This document shows positions 50,064 through 61,079 of a DNA stretch of 64,000 nucleotides, one piece after another. Position 1 is the first letter of the stretch; every line of letters starts with the position of its first letter. A program made the position numbers and the translations under genes. Origin of the DNA: Klebsormidium nitens (lineage: Eukaryota > Plantae > Klebsormidiophyceae); NCBI GenBank assembly GCA_000708835.1, contig DF237113.1, positions 100,263 to 164,262 on the forward strand, written 5' to 3'. The notes beneath the pieces were generated by a model. The model made no database searches. It saw only the letters and a program-made list of their open reading frames with translations, and was not told the origin of the DNA.

Positions 50064-52953
50064 ATGGGGTGCTCCAGAGCTCAGATTGCCGCGACGATGT
50101 GCCTCGTGGGGGCCCTGCTGACAGCCACGTCAGCAGTACATGCAGGTGAGACAACGATCGCAGAATGTGTACCTAGGTTCCGGATCCCGGCTCTGTGCTG
50201 ATGAGCTCGTTTCTGACTCCTGAGTCAATTGTGGGCGTTGTTGATCTTTCCGCTGCTTGGGTTGATATGCCTTTCCGCTGGTCCGCTTTTGACATGAGCC
50301 AGCTTGCAATGCCACTTCCATTACTTCCATGAACTTTCTCAAGTACGTGATAAGCTGTTTACTGAGAGATGCAAGTTATTCACCCCAACCATTTTAAGAG
50401 TGTCTGGGCAACTTGCTGAGAGAATGCATGGGGATCAGCAGATTGAATCAGAGAATGCAGAGTGAGAACAATTGCCACTTGTCTACAGAACAGGTCAATG
50501 CCTGTGATGCATGAGCTTGAAATTCTGAGATCCGTCTGTGAGCTAGATCTCACCCTCCAATGGATTGTCTGATCTGAAAGCTCCCCGTTTTAAGATCACC
50601 TGTTTTTGGAAACCAGGAAGATCTGCCTGCCATGAACAAGCGCATCGATGTCAGAAGCCAATGACAGTAACAATGATTATGCTTTTGTTCCATATGAATC
50701 ACGAAGAGTGAGATACGATGTTTGTTCAAAGATCGTGGGAAAGAGATGTTGGTTTTGAGTTTCTGCCCAGGTGATTTCAATCTGAAGTTTCAGCAGATGT
50801 AATGCACCAGAAGGAAGAGGTCAGCTTAGGTCCCACAGCTCTCCTCCACAGTCCATACCTCGACTGCATATATTTCTCTGGGCGGAAGTCTTGAACAACT
50901 TGAAGGTTGATATAGTGCTCACAAAATCCTTTTCTCTGCAGCCAATTCTGCATGGGAAGAGGGGCCGACCTTCGAGATCAGCGCCACCGCTGAAGTAAGT
51001 CGTTTTTTACCACCTTTTCTAAACAACTGGTTCATGACAGGATGAGAGAGCATTGTTCGTGCCTCTGCGAAGATTGCTTGCCGTGCCAGATCACATTCGT
51101 CTGTAGTCCACGCACTCAGATGGTTAATGCTGAAAGAGGTGTCTGCAATATTGAAAAGCAGGCAACTTATGAAACCAAGATCGTGCCCAGTGTGTCCACA
51201 GAGTTCAATTCATATGACGCACGGTTTCAAGTAGCAAGATTTGGGGCGTAGGAGTACTGTCTAAAAGGAAACTTCCTTCTGAAGTCTTTTTCCTCAGCTG
51301 TTAGAGCGAGACGATTTCCACCCGAGGTTGCAATCATGCTTTGGATCTGGTCTGAGCTTCCCTTCTGTCACCAACAATGATTCCCGCTGCTTGGAATCTA
51401 CCACGCTCAGTTAGTCAAGGGAACAGCAAATCAGGTTTGACTGTCACTGGGGTACAAGAGGGCATTGAAAACTCTTGAGCTGGATCTTCAAAAAATCGGA
51501 AAATGCAGACAGCACACTTTATGTTCTTCGCGTCGGGGTCTCACTCAGGCTCAAGTGTCTTTTTCAATCTTCGAATTTTATCATCTGTCGCAAAGAGTAA
51601 GAGCTGCTGTCAGAGGACAAGACCTTCGCCCACCAAGCAACAATCGCGCGTATAGCTCAACCGAAATGTTTATACGGGCTTCGTTGACCGCAAACCATTC
51701 TTCAAGTTTTATCTCCTCTTGTCAAGGCTTTTCGATTCTAAAAACCTATGCTTACGAGAGAATGAAGACCTGGGTATCTTAAGAACGTGGCTTTGAACTT
51801 GCGGGTCGAAGTGGTTGCTATGCTCACCTGATCGCTGACGTCATCACCGCTCCCCCTCCTCCCCAGGCCGTGAACACCTTCGTCGGCCAAGTCACACCTT
51901 CCGGTACGAACCAGCTGACGGGAACTGTGACCATGGAAGAACGGGGTTACTTCCCGGTCGACGCCCAGAACCAGAAGGTTAAGGACCTGACCATCGTCTA
52001 CGGCCCGGTTAACCCGAACGACCCGGTTGAGCTCGGGAGTTACGGACCGGGCAACATGACGTACGTCCAAGACCCCTCGCTGGAGGGCGCGATAGTGCCC
52101 GGAGTAACCGTACAGCTGAAGGCGAAGGCGGGGTATCACTTCGTGGCGGTTTCATTCGGCGTTGCACTGAGCAACTTTGGGAGGCACACCGAAGGTGAGT
52201 GAATGAATGCTTGAGTTTGGCATTCCCTCTTTCACGGTTCGCGGCGTGATTGAATGCGCAGTTCGTTTTGTTCCATGATCCTGTGTTGTTTCGCAGGACG
52301 TGGGTTCTGACCACTTTGACGCAAGCAGATTTACTAAACACGAGACGCCCTTCTTGATGCAACCTCTCTCCTAGCTTTTCCACGCAGACCGACTTGTTCT
52401 CAGCCCTTTTCATTACAGATCCACGTTACAGATTCTTAGCGCACGCGATATAAGAAGGAAATTCCGGATCGTCCCTTTGCCTCAAAAGTCCGCTCGGCCA
52501 CAGCTTCTGGTGTGCCACAGAGACAAGACCATTCTATGCTTTGCGTCGCTAAAATCTGCATAAAAGATTCCGATCATATCCAAGTTTCTCCGACTTACCA
52601 AGGGACCCAGGAGAAAGAGCGCCCAACATTCAAGCAACGCGCGCTCTCTCGCGTCTCGGACACCATGATTTCTCTGCACCAAAGACAAACGGAACTCTGA
52701 AAAACGTCAACAAACAGGAAGAAAAACTATTGTCTCACGTCATCATCGCTTCATTGCAGCTTTCTTCGTGGACGGCCTGGGCTCGAGCACCGTCGGCAGC
52801 GGGTCAATCACAGTCGACTCCCTCGTGCTCTACTCCGAGGGCAGGTTTGAGGCGACCAACATATACACGCCGCAGATCACTATTGTGCCGCACGGTCCGG
52901 CCATCCGGTTCGTGATTGACAACGTGAAGTACGTTCTGGAGCCCGACTCTTAG
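50064..52953 (+). CDS. secreted beta-strand-rich protein of unrecognised family, paralog B
   Basis: Exons 50064-50145 (signal peptide MGCSRAQIAATMCLVGALLTATSAVHA), 50942-50994, 51867-52194, 52760-52953. Same intron positions and phases as paralog A; shared blocks VKDLTIVYGP, YVQDPS, GYHFVAVSFGVA, FFVDGLGSSTVGSG, ATNIYTPQITIVP. Confidence 0.88.
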
Positions 52954-54841
52954 AGCGACAGCTGGCATACGCCGTTTTCAAATCCGCTTTTCGGCTTTAA
53001 GCTTAAGTTGGTAAATCTAAGCGCGCGCGGGGCAGACAGAGCAGAAAGTTTTTAGCAGGTTGAGTTTACCTTATCGGCGTTCTGGGCGTACTCTTTTTCT
53101 TTGTGCGTATGACAGGTGCCGCTGAATGTAAGTAGGGCGCGCAATGCGATTCGCGCGCCAGTTTGTTTTCCTCGTTTGATAGATTAACAGAGGCGCTTTT
53201 GAGAATCGGCGGACCTTGCAGAAGCAAGCGAGAGTGCTGACAAGCGTAGGAGATGAGGCGGGCTGAAAAGCCGTTGCAGAGTCTTGAAGTTGTTAAGAGT
53301 CTTGTACTATGACTCTTTCTGAACAATTTTGTACGTGGCATAAAAGCAGAATTCAGGCTTGCGGTTTGAATCCAGCAATCTGGCAACCAGCTCTTATCAC
53401 TGCATTCGAGACGATAGAGCCTGCATGATGATTGCGCAATCTATCGCGACGAGTGATGTGAGATAAGTCACATAGATTGTTCGTATGCCGCGCCGCGAGT
53501 ACTCGAAAGTTCGGACTTCATCTCATATCATTCGCGAAGGAATTCTCGATCCTTTGCAATAACTGACATCGTTTGTTTACCAGATCGATGTGAATAGATC
53601 TGTGTACCACATGCGACTTGAGTGACCGGACTACGTGTCAATTTTTCCAGTTGAATAAAGAGCCGACATGCCCACCGTAATCGGCATGTTGAACCGGCCG
53701 CAACTGCACATATGTTCGCAGTGTCTGCCAGTCGCTTCCTACCAGGGCCGCGGCCCATATGATATCGACATCACCAAACGCCGGAACTCTAGATAGCATG
53801 TGACGGTGCCAGAATTGCAGAGCTTGATGATAGTGATCGCATGTTACCAATGTCTTCCAACTGCTGTATAACTCGACACTAAATGCTAGCGGCCGCACTC
53901 TCGAATCCGTGGACAAAAATACCATGCGGCCTCGCAAACATTCATAAGCAGCTGGCACCCCGCTTATTGATTCGAACCATGATAAACAGGACTTGCTACT
54001 GAGATATGTAAAAGACTAAGTCGAGCCTGCGCGACAATAACAAGAATCTGCCAGGTTGGTTGCAAGCTTGACTCGGACGGAGTGTGTTTAAAGGTAAGAG
54101 GACGGTGCGCCTTAGAAGCGCGCCAACGGCTTCAACATCAAACACAAAATGTTCCTTCTTCTACGCTTCGAGACGCTACATGGTCGCCAACCACTGTAAG
54201 GGCATTCAAGATGTTTAGTCCAACAGCCTCGCTTGTGCCCCTAAACCAAAAGCAACTCGCCAGACTTAACCGCCTGCACACACAAAGGCGGCCTTTCTAG
54301 CTCCGATTACTATACAAAACCGCGATCTCAACACGAGCTACCAATTCTTACAACGTCATCCCTTGCAAAACCCGCCGTTTTATCTTCAAGTGCGGATGCT
54401 TTCCTCAAGATACAATAACTCGCAGAAACATGTTCCTCTCTTTATTTTACAAACCCAAACTTTCTTTGCGCGTCCTTCACTCGTTCCTGCAAAACATTAA
54501 TCTCTAGATCAGTCACAACAAGCGCAAATCATAACAAGACAACTTGCCTGCGACGGGTGAAGTTAGTAGGGGTTTTGAGGGTGGGCATAAGTTCGGAGCG
54601 GGTACGTGGTCGGGAACGCAATTCTAGTGTTAGCTTTGATCTTGTCACACAACCTGAAGCTATACGTATTCTCGGACCCCTTAACCTCGCACAAAGGAGC
54701 TGTCTTCAACGAAGTGTTCGATAGTTCCAGCAAGAGCGGGGAGTAGAGTATATCGTCGAATCCATGAACTTCGCACATAGTGAACTTCAGACTGGTCGTG
54801 CAATGCGGTTAAGTGGGCCCGAGACTCCCTTAAAGAGTCAC

Positions 54842-57800
54842 CTGCATCACGGCTAGACGCCCCGCAGTGGGTAACCCGAGGGCGGTCAGAGCGCGCCTCA
54901 GCTCCGACTTATCCATGCCGTCGATCTCGTCGTCGGTGAACGGCCCAGCGACGGAGCGTGCCAAAGGGGGGGGAGGGGGGGCGGAAGTGCTCAGGGCGGA
55001 GAGGGTGGCTGGGCGCGTCTTGCGGACCTGCAGAGAAAGTGGTTCGTATTCCTTTACAAGGGGGGGGGAGTGCGCGGGACTTTAAGGGTGGCCGGGCGAT
55101 TCTGTCGAACCTGCGAAAAAGCGATTGCAGATGCTTTTCGGGGGGAGCGGAAGTGCTCAGGGCGGAGAGGGTGGCCGGGCGCGTCTCCGGACCTGCAGAG
55201 AAAACGGTTCATGTTCTGTCACGGGGGGAGAAGGGGGGGCGAAAGTGCGCAGGGTCGCGGGGCGCGTCTTCCGGACCTGCAGAGAGAGGGGTTCACGTTC
55301 TTTTCGGGGGGGAGGCGCGAGAGTGCACAGAGCTGTAAGGTGGCCCGGCGGGTCTTCCGGACCTGCAGAAAAAGAGGTTTGCATCTCTTTCCAGGGGGGG
55401 GCGAAAGTGCGCAGGGTGCCCGGGCGGGTCTTGTGAACCTGCAGGAAAGCCATTCATATGCTTTTCTCGGGGGGAGGGGGAGGGATTGCGCAGGGCGGCG
55501 GACCTTCGGAATATTTGGCCGGGCTTTCGCACCTGCGGGAAAGTGATTCACATGCCTTTCCGGGGGGGCGCATGTGCTCAAGGCGGAATGGGGGGTTGGG
55601 CGGTTCTTCGGACCTGTGGGAAAGTGGTTCGCATTTGTTTGGGTCTTCAGTCGGCTGCTCTGCAGACGAAAATGAAGGGTAACCCTGTTTAACCCCGGGA
55701 AACCCTAATAACCCCTCCCTTCGAGGAGCGGTTTGCTAGCCAGGGACCGGCTAACCTCTGATTGAAACGCGGTCAAGGGATTTGGGTTCAGAGGGAAGGA
55801 GTGGAACCGAAAAGTGCGTTTGCGTAAGTGAGCGGCAAACCATCGAAAGATGGGAAATAGAGCATCCGACGAAGCAGCAACCTAAAGCAACACCCAAAGG
55901 CGTCTTCAGAAGATGCAGCTACCGCAGACATGTTCAGAGTCAGGTTGAGAAGAGCCAAAGCCGGAAGAAGCATGACGCGTTGCGAATTCGGAATGTCGCG
56001 GGTCAGGACAATGAAAAATGATGAACGAAGGACTCGCCTCTTGCAGCAGCCTCTCAAGCTCCGCATACGAGGGCCGCTCCTCATAGGTCGCAACGCACTC
56101 GTTGTTGCCGTCATACGACATCAGAAACACCTGCATAAGTGGGCGGACAGAAATCACGTCAATCCCGGGCCCTTTCACGATGTCAATTCGCTCATTGATG
56201 GGCCCGTGATCTATGTCGGCATAGGTAAGACTGATGCTCCTACTCTTGCGTGATTGGGGTGCTTCTCCGAGGGACGGAATCCGGAAAGAAACGCGTTCGA
56301 ATCGATTTACGCTGACCAGAGTCGTCTCATGATAGGGCAAGGGCGCGAACCCCCACATGAAGTCGAGGCGCACCCTTGCCTCCAGTCACACTCGCGCAAC
56401 CGCCTCCAAGCATTTTAAATTCTCAATAGTAACTCAGATCCACCAATCCATCGCGATTGTTCTTCGTCATCCGTCTCTCGCCCGTAGCTAGCACTTGAAC
56501 AGAGACCGTGTGTGATGAGCGGCCTCGAGTGTCTTCTCCTTCAGGCAGGCGACAAACGCAGATAACTTTCAGAGAACGCAGCCCCGCCTTGGATCATCCA
56601 AAAGCGACGCTCGTCGAGCTAATTGGAGAACAACAAGAGAAAAGGTGATGCTATCATTGTGTGCGTTCGATGTCCTCACCTGCCAGTCGTGGGGGTATGC
56701 TCGCAGCAGACGAACTACCCCCCCTTGCGTCGACGCGATGTTTGACGCCTCTCCAATCCTCTGTGCACACGTGTCAGCGAGTCAGTCCACACGAGCGTTA
56801 AAAGAGAACAGATGACTTTAGACCTCCAGTCTGCCGCGATTTTTCGGTTTTTGACCCCACCCAAAAGCTATCATGACAGGTCTCCGTTGCGCTCTGTGAA
56901 CAACTGGTCCTGTAAGTAAGCGTTTCAATGCGTCTCGGAAGAAGCAAAGGTGAAATGACTCATACGAGCGGGTTTGTATTCTTGACCCCAGGCAAACATT
57001 TGAGACTGGAACACATGAGGCAGCCGCATAGTACCCAGGAACGCCGGGAGAAGAGCAGATACACTCTCTCCAGGCAATCATATAGCAACTGCACAAATCT
57101 TCCACCATCAGTCCACCCGCAGTTCGTGAACACAATCAGAACGTAACCTTACCAACCAAGAGACGGCAGGATATACCATTGCGAGGTAAAAGAGTAGAAA
57201 AGGCACAAGGGTCGGATTGTAAGTCAAAGTCCGAGCCAGAAAACACTGCGAGGTTGGCTTGTGTAACCGGTGGGTTAACTGACATTTTCAAGTCGAAATT
57301 GAGTGATTGCGAGGTTTACTTGTGTGACCGGTGGGTTAACCGAGACTGGCGGTCTTCCCTCACCTGTTCGGCCAGTTCAAAAGTTGGGCGAAACGTGTCC
57401 AGAAACTCCTCCGCTTTCCTCTTCCAGGGTCCGATGCCAAAGTCGGAAACGATCTGGCCGGAGTTGTTCCATTGGGGATTGACCAGTGCCAACGTCGCAT
57501 TGGGCGAGTTGCCGGCGAGCTCCTGGATCTGCCGAGATGAAAACGTGTCAGAAGGAGAGTGGTCAAAAAATAGACAAAGTCCAGTTGGTTCTGTTGCGCT
57601 GAAGCCACTGTGCTGTTTGAATGAGTTGGCGGCGAGCTCTAGATTTTCATGCAGGGACATGTGTCAAACAGAGAGCGGCCTGGGTGTGTGCAGTCTGCAG
57701 GATTTGGACACGTGTCTAGGACTGCCCGGAAAGCTTTTGATTATGAGGGTTGTGGCTAAGGATCATTATGGGAGTTGTTGGGAACTTCTTGCATCTCCAA

Positions 57801-59299
57801 GAAACAAGAAGCGTCGGCTTTGACAAGGGACAGTATTTTGAAAGGAGTGGGTTGTTAAGAAGGCTAGGCATACAGGCGGACTGCCAACTAAAGTGACAAG
57901 CAAACTCTTCCTCAACGAATGGTGTGCGCTTTCCGGAGTTCGGGACTAGGGACACTTGCTGGATCTACGGACGTACCTCGTTTTGCAGGACGTGACGTTG
58001 TACGGTTCTATGCTTCAAAGATGGGCCACTGATCAGGGTTGCTTCAATGCTCCATCCGGATTGCTTGGGTACACCAGACCGTCAAAGCTAACCAGAACAA
58101 AGAGACACAAACTCTCAGCAAGCACTCAGCTTGCACAAAATCACAATTCAAAGTCCGGGAAAAGCTGGCCCACCTGTTTCAAAGTCTCTGCAATTGGGTA
58201 TACCACTGCGGCCAATCTCTTGTCTGCTGTGCTCACTAGCCCAACGGGGTCCATTTCTTGGTCCCGCTCTCCGATCTTCCGAAACCGAACCTCGCTCCCC
58301 CCCACTTGGAGGATCTTAGAAGCGACTTTGACCGCCACCTCGAATTCCTCCTTCATGCTGCAAGGGTAGTCCCTGCAAAACAGCAAACGCGCTTGTTGAA
58401 GATGTTTGGGAACTATGATTTGCCAATTATCTACCAATCCAATGCCCCCATCGTCAATGAGATTCATTTCAGAACTGCATTTCACAACCGCATTGGCTTA
58501 GCCCCTTTGGGCCTTTTTCAGAGGGGCAGCACAGCGATTGTTGCAAAGCCTTCCGAGACTGACACAACTGAAAAGCACGTCAGTGTTTGCCAGCGGTCGC
58601 ACCCATCCTGGACGATGAAACCTCTGCAGGACGCACAAATCTTCAGTCTTGATCTTATTTAGACCTTCTCTTTGTCCATTCCCATCTGGCTGTGAGCCTA
58701 AGAGGTTGCGCAACCCTTTGATTGTCAACACAAGACGCAACCCTTTGATTGACAGAAGGGAGCTTAAGATCGACCTCCATTTTCACAGAAATGCACCCTT
58801 GTCCCAATGCTCACCTGGGTTCTGTGTCTAAGAAATTGCTCGCCCTTGCATCGATTGGCAAGAGCAGCTGCATTCGCTGCCTCTTCACACCATCCGCCTC
58901 CGCCCGCTGCAATGCCTCCTTCGCGAGCGCCGTCTGCTCCTCCGCAGTCCTCGGAAGCTCCGGCGGTGTCAATGCCGTCGCTTGGGCGGCGCTGGCGAAG
59001 CATTGACACCGCCGCTTGCATTGTGCCTGCTGCGAAGGTCTGCGAGTCCCTGGGACAAACGCAACAACCTCAAGGTTGTCTAGGGACAGAGTTGAGGTGA
59101 GGGGATAACTAGAAGGAAACCTTTGAATGTGGCTCTTTGCGAGGGATTTTGAGCGGGTGAAGGGGACGAGCATGCTTTGTGCAATGCTGTGAGAGGGTTG
59201 GCTGCAATGGATAGCATTCGAGCATTCAACTTGGCTCCTAGTTGGAAAACATGGTGGCGTGGTGCTCTGAGCGAGGCGAAGAGCTGGGGAGGTCGCCAT
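54842..59299 (-). CDS. DUF1995-like plastid-targeted protein with a C-terminal SAP-like motif; last exon unresolved
   Basis: Exons 59299-58815 (Ser/Thr-rich transit-like N-terminus, then PPELPRTAEEQ...LLLPID), 58372-58174, 57528-57364 (LVNPQW...SDFGIGPWKRKAEEFLDTF), 56760-56680 (GVVRLLRAYPHDWQ), 56130-56038 (EERPSYAELE), 55881-55756 (uncertain), 55027-54842 (EIDGMDKSELRRALTALGLPTAG). Family assignment is from recalled DUF1995 motifs. Confidence 0.65.
54960..55630 (-). repeat. about 83-bp tandem array of eight copies of a 3' splice site plus exon start
   Basis: On the minus strand, polypyrimidine-CAG|GT recurs with CTG (+ strand) at 55028, 55111, 55193, 55277, 55363, 55439, 55533 and 55614. 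Confidence 0.88.
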
Positions 59300-59325
59300 T
59301 GCTGGTGCCAAATGCTATCTCTTTA

Positions 59326-59773
59326 TGCCCTGTTCACATGCGTACGTTTTTTGATGCTACGGAGCGCTACGGATGCAACGCATCCGACGTGGCAGTGCTA
59401 CGAAATGTGAACGTCGATTCTGGTTTTTTGGCGCAACGGAAGCAACGGACGCTACGGAACCCGCTACGGAACCAAATTTTGCCGCAGATTCAGACCCCAG
59501 TAGCTTCCGTACCGGCTTGCGGCTGCGGCACGGAATGATCCCCGATTTTCGACACCTCAAGTTCAATTCAGCTTCGAAAGCTCGAAATCGAATATTATTC
59601 AGTTTCGAGTGTGCATTCACTCACGCCCACCTACCATGTAAATGTGAACTCCAGCAACCAGGATTGCCCTCGTAGCAACTTTTGCGGCATTCTCACCCCC
59701 CGTAGCAATCTGGCGCTACACCCCCTCCGTACGCTGCGCAGCACCCGTAGCAGCTACGCATGTGAATAGGGCA
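59326..59773. mobile_element. PIF/Harbinger (Tourist-like) MITE, 448 bp
   Basis: 19-bp TIR TGCCCTGTTCACATGCGTA / TACGCATGTGAATAGGGCA (one mismatch), TTA target duplication at 59323-59325 and 59774-59776, inward-facing GCTACG/CGTAGC subterminal repeats, no coding capacity. Confidence 0.85.
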
Positions 59774-61079
59774 TTAGTAGCGCCCCTGGAGTATCTATGC
59801 CGCATGCGGCATTCCTAAGCGGCAGCCAGCGTGGCTAGCCTGGGCTAACCAGTCTCTGACTCTGGAATCGGATTCCGGGGTCCGTTCAGAAATTGCTACG
59901 GAACGGAAGGTCGAGCCTCGCGTCGGCGGAAGCGGCCGTACGCGATCGCCCACCAACGGACACTTGGCAGAACTGGTCAAAGCCGTACGGCTGCCGTACA
60001 GCTGAAGTTTGACTCCTTCAACGCGATTGGCCGAGTGAGATTTGGAGACCGTTACGGCTTCAGCGCCCTCCGCCGCCCGGGCCCAGTCTGCCGATCGCCA
60101 TACTCAGGAAGGAATTAGGATTCAGGAATGAAGTCCCGAGCACTGAGCAGAGACTGTGTCAGCTAGAAAGCTGTCCAGTACACCACCACCTAGTACCAAG
60201 TACTAGTACTGGTAACTGAACAGTACCTCTCGATCTGGACTTCATGAAGGTCTAGCTAGCAAGAGCACCCCCTTCTCGTACGTTGTGAAGATGGCATTGC
60301 TGCTGCAGCTGCGCGCCATGACTTCGACTGACTGCCGCTGCAAGCGCTGTGTTTTCTATACTACCTTTCCACTCCGAGTGGACCCTTGTAATTCCATTCA
60401 ATTCATGTATTGGATGCATATACAAATCCGTCCCATCAGTATGTCCTGCAGATTGAAATCAGGAAGCTGTCGAGTACTCCTACAGTTACTAATACTGAGT
60501 GCCCGCCTTTCAACTGAAGGTCAGCAGCATTGATCACATCTCCATATAGACGCCTCTCTCTCAAAACTCGATTCACTTTCTCTGGCCAGACCACTTCCTC
60601 ACGTCTAAGCGCCCAACAGCTCAAACCTCCAGCTATCCAGCTCACAGATCTCACTGATAAGTGGACTGAGGCGCAGCAAGACACTAAGCGACCGTACCGC
60701 AGTTGCACCCTTGGCAAGCTTGTGCACTTCGGCATTGCCCAGCTGATCCCCTTTCTGCCCCGCCGACCATCAATCGAGCACCGGCCATACTACCACCTTT
60801 CACAATCAACAGCCTTTGTCAGGACCTTCTCCAGCTCGTCCCCAGAGGACTCCCTTCCCAATTCTTCCACTTGTCCCTTTTCTCAGCTCACAAATACGTC
60901 TGAACTACCCAGCACTCCTCCTCCCACTGAAAAGCACTTTCGAACCAATGCCTTAAGACAGCGGATTCCTCTCTCTCCGTTCCACTCATAGCTTCCCAGC
61001 TTAGACAACCAAAGAGTCTCCTACAAACTGGAAAGCAGACCAGCATTGCAAGAGACCAGCTCACGTGCTACGGACTGCA

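Noticed and set aside
53638-53958. 106-aa minus-strand ORF
   Set aside because: Starts at GTG, has no recognisable motif or splice support; may be UTR or intergenic.
54960-55630. Repeat array as a CRISPR array
   Set aside because: Degenerate tandem units with no unique spacers, no cas genes, eukaryotic intron context.
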